DNA of 64,000 bases from Hypanus sabinus (taxonomy: Eukaryota): assembly GCF_030144855.1 (NCBI RefSeq), contig NC_082708.1:170562001-170626000 (forward strand), in the 5' to 3' direction. Under the pieces are notes generated by a model. The model did not search any database, had not been told where the DNA came from, and saw nothing but the letters and a program-made list of their open reading frames with translations. A program made the position numbers and the translations under genes. Below are positions 1 through 11,795 of the stretch, in pieces (the first letter of the stretch is position 1; each line of letters opens with the position of its first letter).

Positions 1-1967
1 GCTTCTGTGTTGAATGGCAGTGGCACACCAGTGGGGTCAAAGTGCACCTCAAGGTCAGCTGACCTGGTATGCGGCAAAATCATATGTTTCTTTACAAACT
101 GAGGGCCACCGAGCATGACTTGCAGCAGAGTGGCTGCTTCAACCATCTCTGGCTTCACACAAATATCCTGCTTGGCAAAATTCCAGAGCATTTCTGTGAC
201 TTCCTGCCGTAACTGCAAGGGGAGGCGGTGGCCTGTGTAATCGGGGCACTCAATTGCCACCGTTCCATCAAGTGTGAAGAGATCTTTCTTCAGCTCAAAT
301 GGACTCCCATTGGTTGCCAACTTAATAAAATGCGGACTCAAAGCAGTATCGATCAGGTTGTGAGGGAAGCGCTGACTAAATGCCAGTGCCATCAAAGCAG
401 TGAGAAAATGCTCTGGAAAACGCTGATATTCATGTATTTTAAGGTGCAACTGCTCAGTTAAGCTGGAGAAAAATTCAGTAGCATTTTCAGGCTCATAATT
501 CAAGGCTGAAAAGGACCAGAGGTATTTGGCAACGTCTTTGCTCCTACAGTACCGTACCGTTGAAGGCACCTTGGCAGCAACAGAATCCAGGAGATGAGTG
601 GCTCGATAGCGCAACGATGCACATGTCAACACAATATGCATTACCCCCTGAGTGCCAATTTTAGGAATCCGTTCAGCTGCTACCTCCCCTAGACGCTCCA
701 AGAAAGGCATGTGGCTCACGTGTGTATAGCGGAACATCTTCAACACGTTCACCAAGCTATAATTGCTAATGTCTTCCATTTTTGCAGCAACTTTGTCACC
801 AATCCTCCTCATCAGCTGCTCAGAAAATCCATTTTTTGACTTGAAGAAACCCAAGCAGCAAGCTCCAATCTCCTCCACATTCATCTGGTCCAGGTACTTG
901 GACAGCAGCAGTTCCAGTTTCTGCATGAGATCTGCAGGGGCTTGACGCCTTTCCCCAATTATGTAAAGGAGCTGAACTAGTTGGGGCACAGTCAGATCTT
1001 TCCAACGCAAGCCCACATAGCTCAGGACTAGTTCCATGTACCGTGGCACACTGTACCCAAGGTAGCGCCACAGGTCAGCTATGTACAAGAGCTGATTAAA
1101 CTCCATGTCCCACACACGGCGGCAAAACTCAGCGTTGAGGGGCTTCAGCAATGTGTGGGAAGAGGGCACCTGAAGGCGGACCATGGCCTTGAGAAGTTGG
1201 AAAAGCTGATGCAAAGTGAATGCACCCAGGCTGTCAATGCTGTACTGGCAAAGCATTCCAAAACGGAAATCAGCCTTCAGAAGCATGTGCTGCTCAGCTG
1301 GCAACCAGCTGAGGTGCCAAGCATAGTCAGATATGGTCTCTGGGGTCAGGCTGCTTTTCAAGATGGAAACATTACAGAGAATCTTCTGCCCCTCTTTCAC
1401 AGTGAGTTCCTCTCTCTGCTCGGAGCTGCAAAAACAAAGATCCTTGTAGGCACTTACAATTTTCTGGAATCCTCGAGGGTCTTCTTTTGTATCATAGACC
1501 TCCACAATGTCTAACTCTGCTTTTTCCTTTGAAGTCACAGTCCGCCAGGTATCGCTATGCTGGTCTTCACTGGGCTTGTTGTAAGCCAGATCCAGCAACG
1601 TGTTTCTGATGCTGGACAATCGGCGAGAACAAGTCACCATGTAGGTGTTACGTACTTGTTTGATTCCTACATTGGATGGAACATGCTCCAGGAAAAATGG
1701 GAAAGCATCTCTGTCAACTTTTGTCTCATTGGAAGCATTTTGCTGTGCCTGGATTTTAGCACTAGCATATGCTGCAGGACAGGAATATATTTTATAGTCT
1801 GTGCCAGACAAGAAGAGATTGGTCCTGTCAAACCTTACACCTGGCTTCTTGTTGTCATTTTCTTTCTTCTCTTCAGGTCTCGTCACTTCAGTGCATCGAA
1901 TGGTCTTTGAGTATGTTCTCCAGTTACAGATTCTTCTGGGAAGCTTCCAGGAGTTGATCCTAGCCAT
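1..1967 (-). CDS. FASTKD5: FAST kinase domain-containing protein 5, mitochondrial (single coding exon, runs off the window edge)
   Basis: Manual minus-strand translation is open from the ATG at 1967 (MARINSWKLPRRICNWRTYSK, an Arg-rich mitochondrial-type leader) to base 1, about 655 codons. It includes EFCRRVWDMEFNQLLYIADLWRYL, CLGFFKSKNG, RSKDVAKYLWSF, LDGTVAIECPDY and MILPHTRSADLEV, which I recognise as FASTKD5. A pyrimidine tract plus AG acceptor lies at 2006-2005. The ORF track misses it because there is no stop inside the window. Linkage to an oxytocin-type gene fits known synteny. Confidence 0.93.
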   Translation of the reverse strand, partial: MARINSWKLPRRICNWRTYSKTIRCTEVTRPEEKKENDNKKPGVRFDRTNLFLSGTDYKIYSCPAAYASAKIQAQQNASNETKVDRDAFPFFLEHVPSNVGIKQVRNTYMVTCSRRLSSIRNTLLDLAYNKPSEDQHSDTWRTVTSKEKAELDIVEVYDTKEDPRGFQKIVSAYKDLCFCSSEQREELTVKEGQKILCNVSILKSSLTPETISDYAWHLSWLPAEQHMLLKADFRFGMLCQYSIDSLGAFTLHQLFQLLKAMVRLQVPSSHTLLKPLNAEFCRRVWDMEFNQLLYIADLWRYLGYSVPRYMELVLSYVGLRWKDLTVPQLVQLLYIIGERRQAPADLMQKLELLLSKYLDQMNVEEIGACCLGFFKSKNGFSEQLMRRIGDKVAAKMEDISNYSLVNVLKMFRYTHVSHMPFLERLGEVAAERIPKIGTQGVMHIVLTCASLRYRATHLLDSVAAKVPSTVRYCRSKDVAKYLWSFSALNYEPENATEFFSSLTEQLHLKIHEYQRFPEHFLTALMALAFSQRFPHNLIDTALSPHFIKLATNGSPFELKKDLFTLDGTVAIECPDYTGHRLPLQLRQEVTEMLWNFAKQDICVKPEMVEAATLLQVMLGGPQFVKKHMILPHTRSADLEVHFDPTGVPLPFNTE

Positions 1968-3019
1968 GTCAGTGAAGAGTATGGCACTTGGCTTCTCTCC
2001 AGTACTGAAAAAAAGGCAGAATAGTAAGTGTGTTGAAGTTCCAAGATGACCAGCATTAGCAATTCACTGTAAAACTCCTGGGGATCTGAAATCACCTTTA
2101 ATTATCAACATCTGCTTTATGACAAGGAAACAATTCCTTTAAAAAAAACACTTAAAAGCACTTTCTAACTATTAATTCTATGCTAATATCCAACAGAACA
2201 CTGATGTGGTGGATGCAGGTGCTTTCCCTCATCTTCTGCAGTTTAACAAGGTATCAAACCAACTACAACTAGGTCTTCAATGGAGAATGACCTGAGTGAG
2301 ATAGCAGTGTTGGTTTGCTTGTTCTTCAGTGAATTTTGGAGAATTGTGTGATATATTTTTCCAAATCCTTTGAGATGTCTGCTCTAGATATTCCAAATCT
2401 CAGGAACACATTGTAAGGTAGAGATCATTGTTCCTCATTAGACTGAGTTTTCTACCAGATCTCAGATCTTGATTTTTTATTCTGGTGCCCTTTCCTTCAA
2501 TCAATCATGCCTACCTTCAAGAGGTAGCCCATAAGATATGGCTTAAGTACCAGGTTTTCTCTTGTTGATGCGTGGTGCAGCTGAGGGGTCACTTGCCTTG
2601 CGTCTGTTGAGCAGATGGCCCACTCTCTCACATGGTGAGAATGGCGATGATGACTTGGCTTCCAAGTGTATGCAAGCACAAATCTCTTGTCCAGAAGGCA
2701 GCCCGAATACTGAGGTTTCAGTAAGTCTGATTGTGGAGTGTGGTCATCTCAATTGACAACTTACCATTGACCCTGAAGATTATCATTCCCTCATGAGGAA
2801 AATTGTTTGCGGGTGAGATGCAATGTTGCGGCAAGAAATACTAAAAAATCATTGGGACAATAACACAGATTCCACTGAGAATGGTTTTCTTGTAGACCCA
2901 CTGGTTAACATTGTTGAGTAAATGCAAGATGCAGAAGATGATATGCCACTGTCCCTTTTGACTGGTGAAAGTCTTTGGTAAGGTTATATGGAGAGACAGA
3001 TGAAGAGATCTTCTAAGCA

Positions 3020-3767
3020 CAGTCAGCCCTCCTTATCCACGGGGGATTGGTTCAGGGACCTCCGCGGATACCAAAAACACGGATGCTCAAGTCCCTTAGT
3101 TAACCTGTCTCAATGCAGTGGACTTTAGGACCCAGCGGAGCTCAGGACCTGCCACCCGCAGTTTCTGTTCTGTTGATGGAAAACGATCACGACTGAAAAT
3201 AAAGTGTAAATAATAAAGCGATCGGAAAGAGGTGAAACGCCATCAGTCATTGGAAAAGCGTTAGGCTACAGTTGGTTAACGATCAGAACAATTTTAAAGG
3301 ATAAAGTAATGGAGCATGTGAAGGCCCTGCCCTGATGAAAGCTACAATTATTACTAAGCAACGCAGTGGTTGAATTATTGAAATACATACGTTTAAGTGT
3401 TTAATATGCATAGAAAGGTAAAATATATACTATATACTAAGACAAACATTTGACTAACTGCCACTAAATAATACCGGATGTATCTGTTCCGACTTAGAGA
3501 ACTTCCGTTTTTTTCCGATTCCTGATCCACGGTAACCTATGCACATCCTCCCGGATACTTTAATCATCTCTAGATTAGTTATAATACCTAATACCATGTA
3601 AATGCTATGTAAATAATTGTTATACTGTATTGTTTAGGGAATAGTGACAAGAAAAGAAGTCTGTAATGCTCAAACAACAAGTGCTGGACAGAGAAATTCC
3701 AGGTTTTCCCGATCTGCAGTTGGTTGAATCCTTGCATGCGGAACCCGTGTATAAGGAGGGCCGACTG
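3020..3767 (+). mobile_element. Internally deleted Tigger/pogo DNA transposon with MER2-like ends
   Basis: TIRs CAGTCAGCCCTCCTTAT...ATAAGGAGGGCCGACTG followed by TA. A decayed N-terminal HTH (IIKRSERGETPSVIGKALGYS..TIRTILKDK) lies at about 3180-3400. Confidence 0.85.
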
Positions 3768-4223
3768 TATAGCTTCAAGAAGCCAGTGCAAGCCCCTCTG
3801 CTTTTGAGTTCACCTCCTTTTCCGGCTCTCAGCAGGGTGGAGCCTTTGGAACTAGGACTGTATTTGGATTTGGCAATAAAGAAGAATGTGTGTGTCATGA
3901 CTAGCAGTTGACAAACTTTCTACACCATCTGTTTTGTTAGACCTCAAGCGTCCCCCTCCCCACCTGTGAGGAATGGTAAAGCTTTCAATCCCGGATGTTC
4001 CTGCACCTGCAGTTAATCAGCACTCAAAACTCCCAGTAATTCTCATCAAACCAACACTAGTTCTTCATGTTTGAGAAACAAACCCTCTTCATAGGTGCAA
4101 ATTGGGGAAGGAGTTCAGGATAGTTTTTGAAGTGCATAGCCTCTATATCTGCCTCTAGAGGTGCGGACTATAGATCTGGAACTACAAATTAAATTTAAAT
4201 GCAGTTTATTAAATCTGAAATTA

Positions 4224-5815
4224 CAAACCCCATTTCCAGAAAAGTTGGGATGTTTTCCAAAATGCAATAAAAACAAAAATCTGTGATATGTTAATTCACC
4301 TGAACCTTTATTTAACTGACAATAGTACAAAGAAAAGATTTTCAATAGTTTTACTGACCAACTTGATTGTATTTTGTAAATATACACAAATTTAGAATTT
4401 GATGGCTGCAACCCACTCAACAAAAGTTGGGACAGAGTTAAAATAAGTTTGAAAAATGCACAGAATATTCAAGTAACACCGGTTTGGAAGACTCCACATT
4501 AAGCAGGCTAATTGGTAGCAGGTGAGGTATCATGACTGGGTATAAAAGTAGCATCCATCAAAGGCTCAGTCTTTGCAAGCAAGGATGGGTCATGGCTCAC
4601 CCCTTTGTGCCAAAATTCGTGAGAGAATTGTTAGTCAGTTCGAAAGGAACATTTCTCAACGCAACATTGCAGAGAATTTAGGTCTTTCAACATCTACAGT
4701 ACATAATATTGTGAAAAGATTCAGAGAATTCAGAGACATCTCAGTGTGTAAAGGGCAAGGTCAGAAACCACTGTTGAATGTGCATGAACTTCGAGCAGCA
4801 CTGCCTAAGAAACCGTCATGCTTCTGTGACAATTATAGCCACCTGGGCTCGGGAGTACTTCGGAAAACCATTGTCACTAATACAGTCTGTCGCTGTATCC
4901 AGAAATGCAACTTGAAACTGCATTACGCAAGGAGGAAGCCATACATCAACTCTATGCAGAAACGCCGGTGAGTTCTCTGGGACCGAGCTCATCTCAGATG
5001 GACCGAAACACTGTGGAACCATGTGCTGTGGTCAGATGAGTCCACATTTCAGCTAGTTTTCGGAAAAAACGGGCGTCAAATTCTCCATGCTGAAGATGAA
5101 AATGACCATCCTGATTGTTATCAGTGAAAGGTGCAAAAGCCAGCATCTGTGACGGTATGGGGGTGCATCAGTGCCCACCGCATGGGTGAGTTGCATGTAT
5201 GTGAAGGTACCATTGACTCTGAGGCGTATATTATGATTTTAGAGAGACTAAAGTTGCCATCAAGGCGACGTCTCTTCCAGGGACATCCATGCTTATTTCA
5301 GCAGGACAATGCCAGACCACATTCTGCACAGGCTACATCAGCGTGGCTTTGTAGACACAGAGTGCATGTGCTTGACTGGCCTGCTGCCAGTCCAGATCTA
5401 TCTCCTATTGAAAATGTATGGCACATCATGAAGAGGAGAATCAGACAATGGAGACCACGGACCGTTGAGCAGCTGAAGTCTTATATCAAGCAAGAATGGA
5501 CAAAATTTCCAATTGCAAATTTCCTACAATTAGTATCCTCAGTCCAAAACGATTAAAAAGTGTTATTAAAAGGAAAGGTGATGTAACAATGGTAAACATG
5601 CGTCTGTCCCAACTTTTGTTGAGTATGTTGCAGCCATCAAATTCTAAATTTGTGTATATTTACAAAACACAATTAAGTTGGTCAGTAAATCTATTGAAAA
5701 TTCTTTCTTTGTACTTTTGTCAGTTAAATAAAGGCTCCCGTGAATTAACATATCACAGATTTTTGTTTTTATTGCATTTTGGAAAATATCCCAACTTTTC
5801 TGGAAATGGGGTTTG
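4224..5815 (+). mobile_element. Full-length Tc1 transposon (DD34E, long IR/DR-type TIRs), transposase disrupted
   Basis: TA-flanked ~210-bp TIRs (CAAACCCCATTTCCAGAAAAGTTGGGA). Transposase HTH at 4584-4970, then WSDES, VWGCIS, FQQDNARPH and SPDLSPIEN, with 34 residues between D and E. Stops and a frameshift are present. Confidence 0.95.
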
Positions 5816-6539
5816 TAAAATATATCAAATGCTTCCATCCATCAACTGACACATTTAATAATCCACTTAAATGAAAATCAAATTAGCAAGTTATTCAATC
5901 ATTCTGACTCCTTTGCCTTCTCCTAGATTATAATGAGCAAGAAGTGTGACCCTGCCTGTCTCATGTACAGCTGTGTCATCATCGGCTGCTCTATCTTTCC
6001 TAGCTAAACAATCAGCACCTATTTTTTAATTAACTATGGAAAACTCTACAGAGAAAAGGTCATCTGACACACCATGCCAAAGCAGGTTAAAAAACAAATG
6101 CTGCAATCAAGACTAACCTCACTATCGATACTTGTACCTGCCCCAACTTCTTATTCTGGTTTCTTCCTCCTCCTTTTCTAGTGCTGAAGGGTCCCAGCCC
6201 AAAATGTTGGCTCTTTATCTCCTTCCATAGATGCTGCCCGACTTGCTGAGTTCCTCCACTATTGTGTGTGTGTGTGTTAGTCTAGATTTCAAGCATAGGC
6301 AAAGTCTCGTGTTACTAGTCCATTTCCTCTAGCATTTTTGAATAACTGCTACAGTCTGAAATTCATTTCTTAAAAGATACTAGATATGTTTGAAAGAAAA
6401 AAAGCTGTAGAGCTGTTTGGAGTCAGAACCAACTTCAAACAGCTGGCACAGACACAATGAGCTGTTGGATGCCTTGTCTATTGCAACATATTGTAACCGT
6501 CATTGCCACAAAAAAATGTGAACGGTGTTTTCAACTGAA

Positions 6540-7040
6540 TCCTGTGCAGGTGGTAGGCCCCAATGGAGTATCTGGTAAGTCTCCGAAAACTTGTGACAAC
6601 CAACTGGCAGAAATATTCAAGGACATTTTCAACCTCTCACTGCCACGGTTGGAAGTTCCCACCTGCTTCAAAAGGGCAACAATTATACCAGTGTTCAGAA
6701 CAGCAGCGTAAGCTGCCTTAATGATTTATCATCCAATAGCATATAATTCTACGGTGGTGAAATGCTTGAAGAGGTTGGTCTTGGCTAGAATCAACTCCTG
6801 CCCCAGCAAGGACCTGGACCCACTGCAATTTTCCTATCGCTACAATAGGTCTACGGCAGACACAATCTCAATGGCTCTTCACACAGCTCTAGATCACCTG
6901 AACAATACAAACCCCTATGTCAGGATGCTGTTCATGGACTATAGCTCGACAATTTAACACCATCATTTCCACAGTCCCGATCGATAAGCTGCAGAACCTG
7001 GGACTCTGTACCTCCCTCTGCAATTGGATCCTTGACTTAG
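6540..7040 (+). mobile_element. Rex1/Babar-type LINE RT fragment
   Basis: VPTCFKRATIIPV, LDPLQFSYRYNRST and VRMLFMDYSS motifs. Confidence 0.75.
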
Positions 7041-7648
7041 ACCACAGACCAGAGGACATAGGAGCAAAATTAGACTATCTGGCCCATCTAGTCTGCTCCG
7101 CCATTCAATCATGGTTGATTTTTTTTTTGTCCCCTCCTCAATCCCAGTTCCTGACCTTCTCCCCGTAACGTTTGATGCCATGTCTAATTAATAATCTACC
7201 AATCTCTGTCTTATATGCACACAATGACCCGGCCTCCACAGCTGCATGAGGCAACAATTTCCACAAATTGACCACTCTTTGGTTAAAGAAATTTCTCCAC
7301 ATCTGTTCTGAAAGGAAGCCCCTCTATCCTGAGGCTGTGCCCTCTGTCCTAGATTCACCCACCATAGGAAACATCCTTTCCACATCTACTCTGTCTCGAC
7401 CTTTCAACATTCAAAAGATTTCAATGAGATCCCTCCTCATCCTTCTGAATTCCAGCGAGTACAGACTCAGAACCATCAAACGTTCCTCGTATGATAACCT
7501 TTTTGTTCCTGGAATCATCCTTGTGAACCTCCTCTGGACCCTCTCCAATGCCAGGATATAATTTCTACGATGATGGGCTCAAATCTATTCACAATACTTA
7601 AGGTGAGGCCTCACCAGTGCCTTATAAAGACTCAGCATCATATCCTTG
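7040..7648 (-). mobile_element. CR1 LINE 3' fragment
   Basis: Minus-strand CR1 C-terminus (LVRPHL.Y..QI; ERVQRRFTRMIPG) and typical 3' UTR. Confidence 0.8.
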
Positions 7649-7960
7649 CCCATCACTCTGCCTGTTCTCCATCTCTCTCTGGTGCTCCCCTGCCCCTTTC
7701 TTTCTCCCGAGGCCTCCTGTCCCATAATCCTTTCCCTTCTCCAGCTCGGTATCACTATCACCAATCACCTTTCCAGCTCTTAGCTTCATTCCACCCCCTC
7801 CGGTCTTCGCATTTCCCCCTCCCCCTCCTACTTTCAAATCTCTTAGTATCTTTCCTTTCAGTTAGTCCTGACGAAGGGTCTTGGCCTGAAACGTCGACAG
7901 CGCTTCTCCCTATAGATGCTGACTGGCCTGCTGTGTTCCACCAGCATTGTGTGTATGTTG
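7649..7960 (+). mobile_element. Penelope-like element 3'/pLTR fragment containing a minimal hammerhead ribozyme motif
   Basis: Pyrimidine-rich tail like 11400-11790; GTC-CTGACGA-stem II-GAAACGTC-GAC at 7865-7898. Confidence 0.7.
7865..7898 (+). ncRNA. Minimal type I hammerhead ribozyme motif (PLE type)
   Basis: Core CUGACGA 7868-7874, stem II 7875-7887, GAAA 7888-7891, palindromic ACGU stem III, predicted cleavage after C7895, stem I GUC/GAC. Confidence 0.55.
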
Positions 7961-8193
7961 TAGTCATTAATGAACAGCTCCTTCCCCTCTGCCGTCCAGT
8001 TCCCAAATGAACATAGAACCCATAAACACTACCTCACTTTTTTGACATTACTTCTGTTTTTGTACTCGTTTTATTTTAACTATGTAATATACATATATAT
8101 AGTAAGACGAACCTGCTGCCCGTCAATTTACTTCACGCTCTCGCTTTGTGTCAAACCTTTTCCAGCCTTGACCGGAAAGAATATTTTCTATAC

Positions 8194-8330
8194 CTCAGGT
8201 CTAAATCATAGCTATATAAACCACCGTGTTTTCTTTTCCCATTGAAAAGTTTTTGAATGTTCCAATTACCTTCAAGGGGCCTCAAAGGTTGACTCGCCAG
8301 GCCTCTCCAGATTCTGGCCTCCACACATGC
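8194..8330 (-). other. Probable non-coding exon 1 of FASTKD5 (shared with UBOX5 in other vertebrates)
   Basis: Minus-strand donor GAG|GTATAG at 8194/8193 just downstream of a CpG-rich non-TE patch, matching the acceptor at 2005. The TSS is approximate. Confidence 0.45.
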
Positions 8331-8555
8331 GCACAAAGCTCGAATTCAGCGCGTGCGCATAAGGGATCGCTGGCTTCTGCCCGTAAGCGCATGCGCACCT
8401 TCCCGGCTACCGGATGCCGTAAGCGCGTGCGCACCTTCCCGGCTACTGGCTGCCCCTCGGCGCGTGCGCACCTTCTCGGCTACCGGATGCCGTAAGCGCG
8501 TGCGCACCTTCCCGGCTACCGGATGCCGTATGCGCGTGCGTACTTTCCCGGCTGG
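8325..8555. promoter_or_regulatory. CpG-rich promoter with five tandem ~36-bp units carrying NRF1 (GCGCRTGCGC) and ETS/GABP-like (CCGGATG) motifs
   Basis: Units of CCGTAAGCGCGTGCGCACCTTCCCGGCTACCGGATG start at 8381, 8417, 8453, 8490 and 8526. An extra NRF1 site lies at 8349-8358. CpGs are not depleted. Confidence 0.75.
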
Positions 8556-10404
8556 CGGACATGCTATTTGCGCCCGTTTCTCTCCGAATCGATTCCTTCT
8601 CGAACATCTTCACGATTTATTGAACATCGATTTCTCTAACTTGGAGCAGCCAATCCTCTCGATTCTGTTTTCTCCATGGCCCACTGTCTTATCCAATCGG
8701 ATTCCTCCTTTCGAAAGTTCAAAGTAAACTTATCATCTTAGTACATAGATAACACCTAATACTTCCTTGAGATTCATTTTCTTGCAGGCACTTACAGGGA
8801 AAAAAAGTAGTACAATAGGAAAAAAAAACCCTTTTCATTTCCACCTATCAGCTTCCAGCTTATATAATTATCCTCTCCCCCACCTTCTTCAGCTGGACTC
8901 CCCTTCACATGGATCGGTCTATCATCCACTAACTGTTCCTGCAGCGCCCCTCACACACTTTAATGTACTTCTTTCTGGTTGTAATGAAGAATCTCAACCT
9001 GCAATGTTCCATGGCTGTCTTGAGAAGACAAATCTCAGAGTTGTATACTGCAAACGTACTTTGATAATAAATGAACCTTTGAACTTTATCATTTCCCTCT
9101 GTAGATGCTGCCCAAGTCCTCCCAGCTTTGTTGTATGTTGCTTCCTGCTTGGTTTTTTACACATGCACAGAAGTGTTGGTTGGGGTTTCTCAGCAAATGC
9201 AGAAAGCCTCCTTAGCACTAGGCACCCTCCACATGTGTATCACTGCCTCCTCCTGTGGCTTTTGGGAGTCTCCCGTTATAGGCCAGCTGGTGCCACTGGG
9301 GGTGAAAAGCAGCATCTGTGAGAGGAATGAATTCGGGATTGAGAGCAGACAGACAAAGTGGCCAGCATAGCAAGAGGAACGGGAGTGACAATTAAAGATT
9401 CTGAGATGAATGGTAAATGGGGAGGGCTGTAGGATGCCAAGCAGGTGGTGCACCGTAAGGAAGTGAGCAGGGGTAGAGTTGGAAGACTGTGGAAGGTGAA
9501 TAGATCGAAGCAGACAGAGGGAGGGGAAAAACAACGGAGTAAGGGAGTGTGAAGTTGGGATACAGTTGCTGGAGGGAGATAAGCAGGAACACAAAGCATT
9601 ACCAGACCTGGATTTGGAAAAGTGAACAAGGTGAGAATGGGAAGAATAGGAGAAAGGGGATCTTTAGAAATTGTAAAAAGGACAGTTGCATTCTGACACC
9701 ACTAGATGGAACACGATTATCATCTGAGAGTGTTGAGTCCAATTCTGTCACTCTGACAGACAGAAAGGTCTATTTCCTGCAGAGAACAGGAAATCACTGG
9801 GCAGGAAGATGAAGCAATTACCATTACCAACACCAAATTCAAGGTGACTCCACAAAGAAGATTCATATGTAGTTTGATAGAAAGAAAATGTGCCACAACA
9901 CGTACAGCACTGGAGGAATTCAACTAAATTCATTCAGCACTTTGTGTGTTGCTCCAGATTCCAGCATCTGATGTCTTCAGGAAAAATGCTATGAAGCCTC
10001 TACAGTTCAGGCAGCAACCGTTGAGAGAAAAACGGTCAATATTCTAGATGAGAATTGGGGAATGATCGAAGTATAACAGGTTTTAAGCAGCCTTTAGATG
10101 GACGCAAATGACCCGTCAGTTTACATCTCAATACGGATTAAATGGTCTAATGGTCTTTGTTGTTTGTGGAAGTTTTCTGTCCTACAATGTGGCAAGCTAC
10201 ATATAAATTAAATAAGCTTTCTCCCTCAAGAGACAGTTGCAAGCATCCATTCAATCAACAAACCCCAAAAAGCAACACTTGTCACGAAAGTGATGCTTTT
10301 GTTGTTCTAGTATACAGTGGGTATATAAAGAAACAGCTGATATGAACTAGACATGTTCTAATCCAAGGGACTGTATGAACAAGCAAGGAAATAAGTGATG
10401 AATC

Positions 10405-11795
10405 CTATGCTACATCGATGACTGCATTGGTGCTGCTTCCTGCAACCACACTGAACTTGTCAGCTTCCTCCACTTTGCCTCCAAGCCCCAACTGCCCTCA
10501 AATTTACCTGGTCCATTCTCGACACCTCCCTCCCTTCCTCGATCTCACTGTCTCTATCTCTGGAGGCAGCTTCTCCACTGATGTCTATCATAAACCCACA
10601 GACTCTTACAGCTACCTGGACTATACCCCCTCCCACCCTGTTACATATAAAGACACCATTCCCTTCACTCAGTATCTCCGTTTCTGCCACATCTGTTCTC
10701 AGGATGATGCTTTTCATTCTTGAATGAAGGAGTTGTCTCCCTTTTTTGAAAAAAGTGCTTCCTTCCTCCACCATCAACACTGCTCTCAATCGCATCTCTT
10801 CCATTTCATGCAAGTCTGTTCTTACCCCAACCTCCCACCACCCTACCAGGGATAGGGTTCCTCTTGTCCTCACCTACCACCCTACCAGCCTCAGCAACCA
10901 GCAGATAATTCTCCGGAACTTCTGCCAGCTCCACCTCCCTCCCCACTCCCCACTTTCATCTTTTCTCAGGGATCACTCCCTACATGACTCCCTTGTCCAT
11001 TCATCTCTAATCACTGATCTCCCTCTTGGCACTGATCCTTGCAAGTGGAATAAGTGCCCCTACACCATTTCCCTCACCAGCATCTTTCCAGTTGAGGCGA
11101 CACTTCACCGCTGAGCCTGTTGGGGTCATATACTATGTCCGGCGCTCCCGATGTGGCCTCCTGTATATCGGTAAAAACCGATGTAAATTGTGAGACTGCT
11201 TCACCATGCATCTACACTCCATCCGCAAGAAGAAGCAGGATACCCCAGTGATCACTTTTTTAATTCCACTTCCGATTGCCATTCTGATATGTCAATCCAT
11301 GGCCTCTACTGTCATGATGAGGCCATACTTACGATTGAGGAACAGCATCTTCTGGGTAACATCCAACCTGATAGCATGAACATCAACTTCTCGAACTTCT
11401 GATAATACCCCCCTCCCCCTTCACCATTCTCCATCCCCTTTTTCCTCTCTCACCTTCTCTCTTGCCTGCCCATCTAGTGATCACACCCCCTTTTCTTTCC
11501 TCCATGACCTTCTTCTATTAGATTCCCCCTTCTCCAGCCTCATATCTCTTTCACCCATCAACTTCCTAGCTCTTTACTTCATCCTTCCCCTTCCTGGTTT
11601 CACCTATCAGCTTGTGTTTCGCTCTCCCCTCCCCCATCTTTACTACTCTTATTTTCTTCCTCCAGTCCTGCCTATGGGCTCGGGCCTGAAACATGGACTG
11701 TACTCTTTTCCAGTAGATGCTGTCCGGCCTGCTGAGTTCCTCAAGCATTTTGAGTGTATTGCTTGGATTTTCAGCAGCTGCAGATTTTCTCTTGT
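10405..11795 (+). mobile_element. Penelope-like retroelement, 5'-truncated (RT C-terminus, GIY-YIG endonuclease, pLTR)
   Basis: FLDLTVSI..TDVYHKPTDSYSYLDY.SH..IPFTQYLR and RVPLVLTYHP motifs; VIYY..CGLLYIG GIY-YIG motif near 11125-11172. Confidence 0.88.

Noticed and set aside
228-2095. Several short ORFs, and the idea that FASTKD5 is a pseudogene
   Set aside because: They are antisense or off-frame shadows of one uninterrupted minus-strand FASTKD5 frame.
8381-8553. 36-bp repeats as a CRISPR array
   Set aside because: Units are head-to-tail with no unique spacers, there are no cas genes, and the context is vertebrate.
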